The notes under the pieces were generated by a model. It was not told the DNA's origin and did not search any database. It saw only the letters and a list, made by a program, of their open reading frames with translations. This document shows positions 36,821-45,759 of a stretch of DNA of 55,444 nucleotides, piece after piece (the first letter of the stretch is position 1; each line of letters starts with the position of its first letter). The position numbers and the translations under genes were made by a program. Origin of the DNA: a virus (lineage: Duplodnaviria > Caudoviricetes); the IMG/VR virus record IMGVR_UViG_3300021247_000931, positions 1-55,444 of that record; one strand, written 5' to 3'.

Positions 36821-36826
36821 GTCAAC
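36821..36826 (-). promoter_or_regulatory. Late element GTTGAC-N16-ATG
   Basis: GTTGAC CACTCGCAAGTGGGTC ATG(36804). Confidence 0.6.
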
Positions 36827-37080
36827 TTGTTGGCGAAGTCGAAAGTCGAGGGTCGAGGGTCGAGCGACAACGCGACGGCGTGCTAATTACCGATTCGGTA
36901 GGTTTTGGTAGTCGGGCGGTAATTGCCAAAAATGACACCACCAGCTCCAGGGGAAATCAAATGTTAGAAGGCCTAAAAAGCAAACTAACAACTCCGATGG
37001 ATAGCGCCACACAACATTTTTTAACGGGCGGATATTTAGTTATACATAACTATGTATGTTTGTGGATTTCTCCTGGGCGA

Positions 37081-37253
37081 TTTTTCCCGAAAGATTTTTC
37101 GGGATAGGGGGCGAAGATTAGGGGTGATATTCCCTTAATAGTGGAAAGGGAAACGGATTTTTCCCCTTAGTTTTTCCGAAAGTTTTTTCGGGAAAATGGG
37201 CGAAGATTAGGGGTGATATTCCCTTAATAGTGGAAAGGGAAACGGATTTTTCC
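37081..37253 (+). repeat. Tandem ~89-bp duplication with a perfect 56-bp core (37109-37164 / 37198-37253)
   Basis: GGGCGAAGATTAGGGGTGATATTCCCTTAATAGTGGAAAGGGAAACGGATTTTTCC twice, each preceded by a CCGAAA..TTTCGG inverted repeat. Confidence 0.9.
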
Positions 37254-37292
37254 GCTTTCTTTTTCCTCTTAAAAATGAGAAATTAAGGCCCT

Positions 37293-38153
37293 ATGAAAAA
37301 CAAAAAAGAAATCCAAGAAATCCAAGAAAACGCGCTCCCGATTGCCTTTGATTCTTCAAAGGAAAAAACCTTCAAGGGGGCCTTTTCTCCCGTGAAGATT
37401 AGAAGGGGGGAGAGACGCCTTTCCTCCCCTTCCCCCGAAGCTTCCCGCCTTGCAATGTCAATCTGTCACCGCTTGGAAAATCCCGATTCTCCCCGCGCTT
37501 GGCTTGCTAGGATAAAGGAAGGGAAGCAAGGGCAAGCGAAGATGACGCGGGAGAAATCCCTTTCCATGAAACCGCATCGCCCCCTATCCCTGCAGGATAA
37601 GCAGGACGTGTGCCAGGAAGTTTTTGCCATGCTGGCAATGGGAATTGAACCTGAAACGCTCTATTTTTTCACCAAAAAGGAAGGGGAAGAGCTGCAGGAA
37701 GTCGCGGGAATTTCTCTCATCTTCCGCGCTTGTCGCGACTTGTTAAAGATGAACGGGGGAAATCATGACCTTTCCCGCCGCGACTCCATAGACGACTTGG
37801 CGATTTTGCGCCCTTCCGCTCTTGCTATGCCTCACGCAAGCGAAGAGGAACGGGAGCGGGAGAGAATCGCCCTTGCGGATAAAATCCGCGCCTTGCGGAA
37901 AAGGGCCTTTTCCGCTTTCTCCCGCGATTCTTCCCGCCAAAAAAGGCAAAATCTAAAAAGCGCGCTTTCCATTATTCGTCACCTTTGCGCATCACTTAAT
38001 GCGGGAGGGGCCTTGCGCCCTAGGCAATGGGAAAACGGAAATCATGCATCAAAGGATAGGGAAAACGCTTTTTCCCGTTTCCGCTCTTACATTTCCGCCG
38101 CGCCCTCTTCCCTTGCGGAAGAATTGCGCGCCAGCATGACGGCCCTGAGCTGA
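37293..38153 (+). CDS. Hypothetical protein, possibly a divergent ECF-like sigma factor
   Basis: KQDVCQEVFAML and LIFRACRDLLK resemble sigma-70 region 2 (D.vQevF; ..iarN...D.lR); SIDDL. Confidence 0.4.
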   Translation: MKNKKEIQEIQENALPIAFDSSKEKTFKGAFSPVKIRRGERRLSSPSPEASRLAMSICHRLENPDSPRAWLARIKEGKQGQAKMTREKSLSMKPHRPLSLQDKQDVCQEVFAMLAMGIEPETLYFFTKKEGEELQEVAGISLIFRACRDLLKMNGGNHDLSRRDSIDDLAILRPSALAMPHASEEERERERIALADKIRALRKRAFSAFSRDSSRQKRQNLKSALSIIRHLCASLNAGGALRPRQWENGNHASKDRENAFSRFRSYISAAPSSLAEELRASMTALS

Positions 38154-38169
38154 TTTCATAGGCCCCCGA

Positions 38170-38205
38170 AAGGCGGGAGGGGAGAAATCCCTTCCCGCCT
38201 TTTTT
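38170..38205 (+). terminator. Rho-independent terminator
   Basis: AAGGCGGGAGGGGA-GAAA-TCCCTTCCCGCCTT then TTTT, 17 nt after the stop. Confidence 0.85.
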
Positions 38206-38236
38206 GTGTAGAGACCACTCCAACCGACCTTTTTTT

Positions 38237-38482
38237 ATGAAAATTCAATCCCATCAGAAACTTCAACAACCCCAGCGCACGCTCGAAGAGTGGGCACCCG
38301 AAGAGGCCGCCCCCTGGGGCCGCCGCGACGACGTGCGCGAGGATCAGGCGCGACGCGCCAAGATTTACCTCGCCCGCCGCGCCAAGAAATCCCAAAAGCC
38401 CGACCGCTCCGCGGCTGTGCGCGAGGGGATAGAACGCGCCTATGCTTCCTTCATGCTTAGGAAGCAAGGCATTTTCGCCTGA
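38237..38482 (+). CDS. Small hypothetical protein
   Basis: 81 aa from ATG 38237. Confidence 0.5.
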   Translation: MKIQSHQKLQQPQRTLEEWAPEEAAPWGRRDDVREDQARRAKIYLARRAKKSQKPDRSAAVREGIERAYASFMLRKQGIFA

Positions 38483-38676
38483 CAATTTTCAGCCCAGAAA
38501 CCCCGGCAGGGGGACGCGGCTAATGACCATGCATGGGGCAAAAACGGCAAATTGCCGCCCCTAACCTTGGCGCCGCGAGGGAGGCCGATAAGTCCCAAGC
38601 CACCGGCACGCGCCCTCGCCTCACCCCCTGCGCGGGGATTTTTTTTGGACGGGTCACGCCGTCCGCATTTTTCACC

Positions 38677-38838
38677 ATGAAACGAGATCCAAAAGTCATC
38701 TCCATGACCAGGCTGTTCCCCTCGGGGGCCTGGGAATGCTCAACGATCCACAAAGGGTATCTGACACGCAGGGTTTACTACTTCTACACAAAGCGCGAAG
38801 CCCGCGCCGCGTTCCTGTCCGAACTGAAATCACTATGA
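38677..38838 (+). CDS. Small phage protein
   Basis: 53 aa; SGAW..GYLTRRVYYFYTKREA. Confidence 0.6.
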   Translation: MKRDPKVISMTRLFPSGAWECSTIHKGYLTRRVYYFYTKREARAAFLSELKSL

Positions 38839-38987
38839 CCACGACACGCCTTTACTACTGCGTCAGGGCATCCCTTTTGGAAGGGATCGCTCCTTGCTCG
38901 GATGAGGAATTTGACCGGCGATGCCGCGTCCTGCACTACCTGCAGCGTCGGTTGGAACGCCTAACAGCCTCACAGTCTTCAGCCTAA
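38835..38987 (+). CDS. Small hypothetical protein
   Basis: 50 aa, ATGA-coupled. Confidence 0.5.
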   Translation: MTTTRLYYCVRASLLEGIAPCSDEEFDRRCRVLHYLQRRLERLTASQSSA

Positions 38988-38999
38988 CCACCTATCTCC

Positions 39000-39431
39000 A
39001 TGACTGAACCCATCACCGCCACCTTTGATCCCAAGAAAGGAAAGGGCATGAATGCCAAGGCCCACCGCAAGGAAGGCAAGTGCTTCTTTGAGTCCTACGC
39101 GATCCTCGATCCAGACCGCCTTTGGGAACGCGCAGAAGGCAATGAAGCCCCCTCGACAGTCGAGATCCGTCTCTATGGCACCGGCAGCAAGAACTACGCC
39201 TGCCTCTGGGTCGGCAAGGAGCCATGGGGATGGGCGAGCGGATCCGGATCTGCCGGAGGGTGCGGCTATCACCGCCCCAGCGCCGCCGCCCAGGAGGCGA
39301 TCGACAATGCAGGATTCACCCTGAGCCGTCCGATCGACGGACGCGGGGAGGCGGCGATCGTCGAGGCTCTCTTTGCCATCGCCAAGCTGATCGGCGTCAA
39401 AAAACCGATCCTCTTTCACGCCAAACAATGA
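39000..39431 (+). CDS. Phage hypothetical protein
   Basis: 143 aa; SGSGSAGGCGYHRPSAAA motif. Confidence 0.7.
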   Translation: MTEPITATFDPKKGKGMNAKAHRKEGKCFFESYAILDPDRLWERAEGNEAPSTVEIRLYGTGSKNYACLWVGKEPWGWASGSGSAGGCGYHRPSAAAQEAIDNAGFTLSRPIDGRGEAAIVEALFAIAKLIGVKKPILFHAKQ

Positions 39432-39622
39432 CCACCCATCACGTCGTTCCGGCCTCCAAGGAGGAGGCTGACAAGATCCGCGTGGCGCGGGGATGGCCAT
39501 CCTTCCGCGAGTGGAAGAAAAACCATCTCCAAGCCATCGCCACCAATAAGCTCCGAGGACGCACTGAGCTGGTCGAGGTGCTGGAGCGCGAGTTTTACCA
39601 ATACATCCGACCCCACCTCTAA
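39428..39622 (+). CDS. Small hypothetical protein
   Basis: 64 aa, ATGA-coupled. Confidence 0.55.
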   Translation: MTTHHVVPASKEEADKIRVARGWPSFREWKKNHLQAIATNKLRGRTELVEVLEREFYQYIRPHL

Positions 39623-39627
39623 CCGCC

Positions 39628-39825
39628 ATGACCACTTACAAAATCATTCGATTCCATCGGGACGGGGAGCGCCGAGTCATCACCGAGGGACTGACCCTCG
39701 AAGAGGCCCGGGAGCACTGCAATGACCCAGAAACCTCCTCGCGGACATGTTCCGTTCAGGCCGCCGTCGAGGAGGCCTCCCTGGGCGATACCAGCCCATG
39801 GTTCGACGGCTACGAGGAGGAATGA
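39628..39825 (+). CDS. Small acidic phage protein
   Basis: YKIIRF..GLTLEEAREHCNDPETSS..WFDGYEEE. Confidence 0.65.
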   Translation: MTTYKIIRFHRDGERRVITEGLTLEEAREHCNDPETSSRTCSVQAAVEEASLGDTSPWFDGYEEE

Positions 39826-39828
39826 GTC

Positions 39829-40056
39829 ATGAACTGCCCATCCTGCGAGTTAATGGTGATCCAAGGGGTCATCTGTCACGAAAGAGGATGCCCCGACGAC
39901 CATCTCTTCACCACCCAGGAATGCAAGTGGTGCGGGACGGAGTTTCGACCCGCCGAGTGGCAGCGTGATTACTTCTGCTGCGCTTCGTGCGCCGCCTCCC
40001 ATCACGGACTCCCCGAACCCGAATTTGACGAATCCTACGCACTACAACCCGACTGA
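39829..40056 (+). CDS. Cys-rich zinc-binding protein
   Basis: CPSC..CHERGC..CKWCG..FCCASC. Confidence 0.65.
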   Translation: MNCPSCELMVIQGVICHERGCPDDHLFTTQECKWCGTEFRPAEWQRDYFCCASCAASHHGLPEPEFDESYALQPD

Positions 40057-40058
40057 TC

Positions 40059-40778
40059 ATGAGCCACACCATCGACACCATCGAGTATCGCGGTTGCACG
40101 ATCCGCATCGTCTCCGACGATGACCCGATCAATCCCCGCAAGGATTTTGACCATCTGGGCAAGATGGTCTGCTGGCATCGCCGTTACGATCTTGGCGATG
40201 AGCAACCCAAAGAGGACGCCGGTGAGTATCTCTGCCGTCTGGCCTCCGAAGCGGACGCTGACTTTTCCAAGCTGAATGACCTCTATGATGAGGCACTCCG
40301 ACGCGGCAGCAGCCGAGCATGCGAACGCATCAATCGTCGTCTGGGGCGCGAGCGCGAGCGCATCCTTGCCGAGCATTTCGTCATCCTGCCGCTCTATCTT
40401 TACGATCACTCCGGCATCACCATCAGCACGGGATCCTTTTCGTGCCCGTGGGACAGCGGCCAGGTGGGATTCATCTACGTCCCGATCTGCCGTCTTAGCC
40501 AGGAATGGGGCGAGGCCTTCCCCGACGGCCACACCGCCCAATCATGGGGCAGGAAGATTCTCGAGAGTGAAGTGGGCGAATACGACGCCTACCTGACCGG
40601 CGATGTCGTCGGTGTGATCGCCGAGGATGAGGAGGGGGAGGAAATCGATTCCTGCTGGGGATATTTCCCCGACGAGAAAGGCCGTCACGATTACGCGATC
40701 GTCGAGGCGAAACGTCACATCGACTGGCATCTCAAGGAGCAGGAAAAGCTCCAGACCGACCTCTGCTGCAACATCTAA
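40059..40778 (+). CDS. Acidic hypothetical protein (YDHSG..WDSGQVG family)
   Basis: LPLYLYDHSGITIS..PWDSGQVGFIY..YLTGDV..DSCWGYF. Confidence 0.7.
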   Translation: MSHTIDTIEYRGCTIRIVSDDDPINPRKDFDHLGKMVCWHRRYDLGDEQPKEDAGEYLCRLASEADADFSKLNDLYDEALRRGSSRACERINRRLGRERERILAEHFVILPLYLYDHSGITISTGSFSCPWDSGQVGFIYVPICRLSQEWGEAFPDGHTAQSWGRKILESEVGEYDAYLTGDVVGVIAEDEEGEEIDSCWGYFPDEKGRHDYAIVEAKRHIDWHLKEQEKLQTDLCCNI

Positions 40779-40792
40779 CCTAACCAACAATC

Positions 40793-41407
40793 ATGGGAGA
40801 ATACGCCATCAGAAAATCCGACGGATCCAATATCAAGATCGGCACCATGGAGGACATGTATTACCTCCGCGCCGATCAGATAGGCCGGATCCAGGGGCAA
40901 CGCGGCAGCGTCGATCCCTCTGACCGGAAAACGGCGGAGAAACTACGATTCCGATTCCCCTTCCCATGGGAGGATGACATCGCCCCAGGAGACTTCGCCG
41001 ATCACAACTTCGGCCTCTCCGTTCACGGGGCGGATCTTCCCGAGGAGATCGATCACTATCCGATCCAGTTTGCCAATTCACGCGGCCTTCTCGTCTCCCT
41101 CCCCTGCCCCGAGGGCAAGGAGGGCAAGGCGAGCGGCCTGAAGTTCCACTACAACGGCTACGGAGGCAAAGTCCGCATCGTCCAGCAAAAGCTCGTCGGC
41201 GATCGGCTTGTGCTCATCTGTGAGTGTGGATCCTGCGGGGCGAAATACAGGCTCCCCGAATTGACCGATGCCGCAGACATCATCGCCCGCCTCAACGAAG
41301 AGGCCGATGCCGCCGACAAGCGTGCAACCGAAGGAGGAGCGGCACTTCGCGCCATCGTCCAGCGCATCGTGGACGGCTACACCAAACCCAACTATTGGAG
41401 CGTATGA
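40793..41407 (+). CDS. Hypothetical protein with zinc ribbon
   Basis: 204 aa; IKIGTMEDMYYLR, FRFPFP, CGSCG. Confidence 0.65.
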   Translation: MGEYAIRKSDGSNIKIGTMEDMYYLRADQIGRIQGQRGSVDPSDRKTAEKLRFRFPFPWEDDIAPGDFADHNFGLSVHGADLPEEIDHYPIQFANSRGLLVSLPCPEGKEGKASGLKFHYNGYGGKVRIVQQKLVGDRLVLICECGSCGAKYRLPELTDAADIIARLNEEADAADKRATEGGAALRAIVQRIVDGYTKPNYWSV

Positions 41408-42018
41408 GCACCACCGATACACCTACCGACACCCTCTCCGCGGCCCTGCCGTGGTTCCCTGGATTCTACGAGTCCATCCTAGACAGTCTGATGGATCGCA
41501 CCATCGAGATGGAGATGGAGCATACCGGCGAGACCTACGAGCAGGTCATGGATCGCTACTCCTACCCGATTGCCATCGATGCCCTTGCCAAGGGCTGGGT
41601 CAAGGCCTTCTCCAAGGAGACCGGAATCCCGATGGAGTTCGAGGAGATGATCTCCCCGCGAGAATACAACTTCACGACCGATCGCGTCTTCGTCCGCATC
41701 CCCGTCGATGCCATCGAGAAGATCGCCACCGAGATGGATGACAAGATCCTGCGCGAGACGATCCGCAAGAATCACTCCAGCTATGACGGCTTCATCAGCT
41801 TCTACGCCGATGACCTCGATGACCCCCTCTGGCAGAAACCCGTCCGCGAGTGGGATGCCAACCAGCTCGGGACGCTTCTGGAGGCCAAGCTCCTCCAGGA
41901 CGAGCACGAGCGCGATTACATTGAGGACAGCATCTATTCCGACCTCTCAATGTGGTTTTACGAGGACACGGGCTGGATCAAAGAAGCTCCCGAGAAGGAG
42001 GCCCCATGCGCGACATGA
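41404..42018 (+). CDS. Acidic hypothetical protein (FPGFYES..SPREYNF family)
   Basis: 204 aa from ATG 41404; SPREYNFTTDR, SYDGFISFY. Confidence 0.7.
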   Translation: MSTTDTPTDTLSAALPWFPGFYESILDSLMDRTIEMEMEHTGETYEQVMDRYSYPIAIDALAKGWVKAFSKETGIPMEFEEMISPREYNFTTDRVFVRIPVDAIEKIATEMDDKILRETIRKNHSSYDGFISFYADDLDDPLWQKPVREWDANQLGTLLEAKLLQDEHERDYIEDSIYSDLSMWFYEDTGWIKEAPEKEAPCAT

Positions 42019-42083
42019 TCGAAGACATCTTCGGGGCCGTCGGCCTCTTCATCCTCATCTATGTGGTTTTCATCCTGATATGA
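42015..42083 (+). CDS. 22-aa single-TM peptide (not in ORF track)
   Basis: MIEDIFGAVGLFILIYVVFILI; ATGA-coupled on both sides. Confidence 0.5.
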   Translation: MIEDIFGAVGLFILIYVVFILI

Positions 42084-42370
42084 GCAACCAACACACACCC
42101 GGCCCGTGGGCGATTTCCAAGTGGGCCAATCATTACGACGATTACTCGGTCTATTCAGAAATTGACCCTCAACGAAACATAGCCAACTCCGTCAGCGGTA
42201 AAGCCAATGCCCTTCTCATGGCGGCCGCACCCGATCTCCTTTTCTCCCTGCAAGAACTCGAGGAACTCGCCCGCCGCCAACTCGACCAATCAGCCACCCA
42301 CGAGGGGCTAGAGAACTGCCTCGCACTGGCCGAGGCCCGCCGCGCCATCGCCAAAGCAATCTACCCATGA
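42080..42370 (+). CDS. HTPGPW..AAAPDLL family phage protein
   Basis: 96 aa from ATG 42080. Confidence 0.7.
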   Translation: MSNQHTPGPWAISKWANHYDDYSVYSEIDPQRNIANSVSGKANALLMAAAPDLLFSLQELEELARRQLDQSATHEGLENCLALAEARRAIAKAIYP

Positions 42371-42642
42371 GCTCACAACATGCACCCGGGCCGTGGACGG
42401 AAGACCCCGAAGGCGAGATAGCTGTCTGCATTGAGGACGCGAACGGAACCGTAATTGCAACGGTTCTAGGACCTGCCAACGAAAACCCCAATGCCCGCCT
42501 CATTGCCGCTGCACCCACGATGCTGGCGACCCTGCAAGCCATCCTGGAGTCGATGGGCGACACCTACGAAGCCAGAGATAACGACGCTGAAAACCTACAC
42601 GATCTCGTCGAATCCACCATCCAACTCGCCACCAAATCATGA
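42367..42642 (+). CDS. HAPGPW..NARLIAAAP family protein (paralog of the previous gene)
   Basis: Shared motifs. Confidence 0.7.
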   Translation: MSSQHAPGPWTEDPEGEIAVCIEDANGTVIATVLGPANENPNARLIAAAPTMLATLQAILESMGDTYEARDNDAENLHDLVESTIQLATKS

Positions 42643-42941
42643 GCAATTCCCTTCTAACAAAGACCTCCAATCATCAGATTGGTAAGTATCAAGTGCAGTT
42701 GTTTTGGCGAGTCGGAGATCCTTGGTGGCCTCATGCCTTTGAGGTTACCCAGGCCGAAACGAGCAATCTGAACGGCTATTACGCCGAGGGATCCCTCGAA
42801 ATCGAGGACGACATCGTGACCGGCTATGACGGGGTGTATTTACTGCCGCTGCCTGTAGCCATCGCCCTTGCCGATCTGGGATTGGGATTCGCCCCGTTTG
42901 TCTTCCCCGCCGAACTGGCAAAAAACCTTCTCCGATTGTAA
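42639..42941 (+). CDS. Hypothetical protein
   Basis: 100 aa; GYDGVYLLP. Confidence 0.6.
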   Translation: MSNSLLTKTSNHQIGKYQVQLFWRVGDPWWPHAFEVTQAETSNLNGYYAEGSLEIEDDIVTGYDGVYLLPLPVAIALADLGLGFAPFVFPAELAKNLLRL

Positions 42942-42944
42942 CCC

Positions 42945-43115
42945 ATGAAAACCTACGAAGTCGGCATCCGCGCCACCGTTTGCAAGCGCCTCAGGATCGA
43001 GGCCGAGTCCGAAGAGGAAGCCATCGAGGCCGCTCACGAGCAGTTCAGCGTTCTCAATGACGACATCCCAGAAGACTACGACCAGGAAATGGATTTCTGC
43101 CGCGAGATAAAATGA
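42945..43115 (+). CDS. Small acidic protein (IEAESEEEAIE motif; not in ORF track)
   Basis: 56 aa, MKTYEVGIRATV..IEAESEEEAIEAA. Confidence 0.6.
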   Translation: MKTYEVGIRATVCKRLRIEAESEEEAIEAAHEQFSVLNDDIPEDYDQEMDFCREIK

Positions 43116-43303
43116 TGAAAACCTATATCTTCAAATCCTACTGCACCGGCTACTGGCCCAGAACTTACACCGTCCAGGCAAAGTCCGAAAAGCAGGCCAT
43201 TGCGCTAATTGAGGATGGCGATTGCCTCATCGAAGACGACCTCCTCGATGCCGAATGTACCGATGAGCATGAGCGGGAACTCGTCTCTTCTTACAAAAAA
43301 TGA
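43112..43303 (+). CDS. Small acidic protein (VQAKSEKQAI motif)
   Basis: 63 aa, similar to the previous gene. Confidence 0.6.
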   Translation: MMKTYIFKSYCTGYWPRTYTVQAKSEKQAIALIEDGDCLIEDDLLDAECTDEHERELVSSYKK

Positions 43304-43596
43304 ACCCCGCTTTTTTCAAAACTTACCCCAACCCCCTCCACAAAAAGAAGTCCCCCACGGAGGTCCAGGTCTTTGACTTCTTCGAGATTCAGTCGATGCA
43401 GGAATTTGCTGACCCACGAGGCGGCACCAATGTCGAACCATATCACGGCGATGACTCCGGCGAAGACATGCGCGAGGGGGACATCTTCTACGGCATCTAC
43501 GGCCACTTCAAGACCGGCGGCGCCGTCCACTTTGCCGACCGCTCCACGCCCGAGGAGGCGGAGCTTCTCCTTCAAATGATCGGAGTCATTTCATGA
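43300..43596 (+). CDS. Small acidic hypothetical protein
   Basis: 98 aa, ATGA-coupled. Confidence 0.6.
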   Translation: MNPAFFKTYPNPLHKKKSPTEVQVFDFFEIQSMQEFADPRGGTNVEPYHGDDSGEDMREGDIFYGIYGHFKTGGAVHFADRSTPEEAELLLQMIGVIS

Positions 43597-43802
43597 CCTT
43601 CAAGATCCAAACCGCCGGTGCCTACGGATGGGGCGATGTCAAAGTCGCCTATGACGACAGCGAGGACTATGAGGACTGGCACTTCAAGACTCGAAAAGAG
43701 GCCCAGGCGGAACTCGAAGATTTCCGCCAGATCGATCCCGATCTCTCCGACTACCGAATCGTTCCAACCACAACCCCGTCAGAGGAGGACTTTTATTCAT
43801 GA
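43593..43802 (+). CDS. Small acidic hypothetical protein
   Basis: 69 aa; FKTRKEAQAEL..DYRIV. Confidence 0.6.
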   Translation: MTFKIQTAGAYGWGDVKVAYDDSEDYEDWHFKTRKEAQAELEDFRQIDPDLSDYRIVPTTTPSEEDFYS

Positions 43803-44212
43803 CAACCGCGATATCCACATCAGAAATCGAATCTAACATCAGGAAAGCAGCCCTCAAAGAAGCTCAGGACGCATGGGATAATCTGCATGAAGAGGTCGTT
43901 GAAAACTTCCTTTGCCTCATGAGCCAAACTCTCAAAGAGGATACCTACGGGCGGCGTATCCTGCCGCATCGGAAACTGGGCGATACTGTGCCTACCTTGG
44001 CAGTTGTTAGGCACATAGGCGACGATTCACGAAGGAATCGGATCGATATTCCCAAGTATTCTTACCACGACGATTGCGGCATCAAACGCGTCGAGTTCCA
44101 TCCCCTCGTTCTTAAAGAGGAGATGAAAGAAAGTTGGATTGCAAAAGAATGCGACCGCCTGGCCGCCCTCAAGATCAAGCACCTCCTAGAAAGCGTCGGC
44201 GTGATCTCTTGA
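43799..44212 (+). CDS. Hypothetical protein
   Basis: 137 aa, ATGA-coupled. Confidence 0.55.
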   Translation: MTTAISTSEIESNIRKAALKEAQDAWDNLHEEVVENFLCLMSQTLKEDTYGRRILPHRKLGDTVPTLAVVRHIGDDSRRNRIDIPKYSYHDDCGIKRVEFHPLVLKEEMKESWIAKECDRLAALKIKHLLESVGVIS

Positions 44213-44237
44213 CGATCATTAATACCCCTTCAATTCC

Positions 44238-44717
44238 ATGACCACCAAGCACCCATTCCAGAAAGTCAACGAGGACTCGATGCACATCGATTACGAGGCC
44301 TACATCGACCTGCCCACTCTCGATGGTAAGGAGCGCGCTATCGTCGTGCGACTAAGCTTCGATAAGGAAAAGCAGTCGGCATACTCCACCCTCACCTATG
44401 AGGTCGATGGGAGTCATACCGATCTCTCAGCCGTGTCGGAGGATGGCATCACCAGGAATCTCTACAACGAGATGACCGGCGCCCAGATCCCAAAGGTGGT
44501 ATTCAATCACCGCGTCTGCCTTCCGGCCGACATCTGCGTGGATGTCATCAGTGATCGGAAGCTCACCCTGATCGAGGCTATCAATAAGGCATGGGATAAC
44601 TTTCCCTGCGACGGGGCCGACATCGAGGGTGCCGAAAGCGGCAGGGTTTATGTTGTCGAGCGTCTTGTTTGCCAGAGAGCCGGACGCATCGAAACCATCG
44701 ACACCGAGGAAGTATGA
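44238..44717 (+). CDS. Hypothetical protein
   Basis: 159 aa, acidic. Confidence 0.55.
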   Translation: MTTKHPFQKVNEDSMHIDYEAYIDLPTLDGKERAIVVRLSFDKEKQSAYSTLTYEVDGSHTDLSAVSEDGITRNLYNEMTGAQIPKVVFNHRVCLPADICVDVISDRKLTLIEAINKAWDNFPCDGADIEGAESGRVYVVERLVCQRAGRIETIDTEEV

Positions 44718-44980
44718 CCTTCGAGGAATACCAAGACTCGATCACAGCCAAGCAGGACGAACTCACCGACCTGCTGCTCGAACTCCGAAAAGAAGAAGGA
44801 GAAGCCTTTGTGAAGCAATTCCTTCGCATGGCGATCGTGAACTATGTCGCCGAGGCCACCGGAGCCGAGGAGGGAGAAGACCTCTTCCGCGAAACCATGA
44901 GCATCGCCGACGCCATCACCACCCCTTGCTACCTTCACCAATTACCACCCAAGAATTTCTTCAGAAGTTTCCCGAGGTAA
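44714..44980 (+). CDS. Small acidic helical protein
   Basis: 88 aa from ATG 44714. Confidence 0.5.
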   Translation: MTFEEYQDSITAKQDELTDLLLELRKEEGEAFVKQFLRMAIVNYVAEATGAEEGEDLFRETMSIADAITTPCYLHQLPPKNFFRSFPR

Positions 44981-45219
44981 AGAAAATCAACCGCAACGTA
45001 CTCGAAGACATCGCGTGCCCTGAATGCGGCAGCCGATCAGAGTTTGCAATCGAATACAACAGCATCGGAGTTTACGGTGATGACGGCTGCGCCGATGGCG
45101 GCGACAACGAATTTGCAGAGAATGGTTACTGCCGCTGCGAAGAGTGCGATCATGAAGGCGAGATTCACAAATTCACCTTCCCTGGACTGGATGACTCTTT
45201 GCTAGACAAACATCCGTGA
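44926..45219 (+). CDS. Acidic zinc-ribbon protein
   Basis: LEDIACPECGS..CRCEECDHEG; start uncertain (TTG 44926). Confidence 0.55.
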   Translation: MLPSPITTQEFLQKFPEVKKINRNVLEDIACPECGSRSEFAIEYNSIGVYGDDGCADGGDNEFAENGYCRCEECDHEGEIHKFTFPGLDDSLLDKHP

Positions 45220-45267
45220 CCCCATGCGCCTAAAAGTCTCACAGCCTAAAGCCTAAACACCTATTCC

Positions 45268-45759
45268 ATGCCGACCCTGACCCACCCGATTGCGAAACGG
45301 AGCACCTCTGCTACAGTGGGCTCCATGAACTTCCTCTACATCTACCGCCATCTGGGAACCTGGTGCTATGATGACCCGCGTAGTGATATTATCGCCGAAC
45401 CGTTTGTCCAGGGAGCCGACAAGATCATCGATCATGCCTTAGCCGGAGAGGGTTTCTCGCCAGATACCGAGCTGGTCAAGCTCTACTGGAATACCAAGCC
45501 ACGATGGACAATCGAGCGTCTGTCCTCGGAGATCCGCAACGGAGAGGAGTGGAATCACTACAGACTTCTTTACACCGACATCACAGGCTGGCTCTGCCCG
45601 CAGCTTCTCGCCTTCTTTTCAAAGGCCCCCGAGAAGCTCGATTTCTGCCTCCAGAAGCTCGATGCGAAGGACTTAGAGTTCCTGCGAGGGTTTCCGAATC
45701 ATTGGAATAGCCCGGTGCGTCATATCGTGCCGTTTTATGTTCCTGACCCAGGGGTTTGA
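45268..45759 (+). CDS. DUF6717-like protein
   Basis: WCYDD..EPFVQGADKIID..GWLCPQLLAFF..AP. Confidence 0.6.
   Translation: MPTLTHPIAKRSTSATVGSMNFLYIYRHLGTWCYDDPRSDIIAEPFVQGADKIIDHALAGEGFSPDTELVKLYWNTKPRWTIERLSSEIRNGEEWNHYRLLYTDITGWLCPQLLAFFSKAPEKLDFCLQKLDAKDLEFLRGFPNHWNSPVRHIVPFYVPDPGV

Noticed and set aside
37081-37253. Possible CRISPR array
   Set aside because: Only two units, the intervening sequences are themselves similar, and there are no cas genes.
38560-38630. Twister ribozyme-like word GTCCCAAGC
   Set aside because: The conserved UAA and GAG elements are not in an order or spacing compatible with any twister permutation I could build.
44629-45219. Frameshifted pseudogene
   Set aside because: Explained by two overlapping small genes (44714-44980 and a TTG-started zinc-ribbon ORF); no slippery site is evident.
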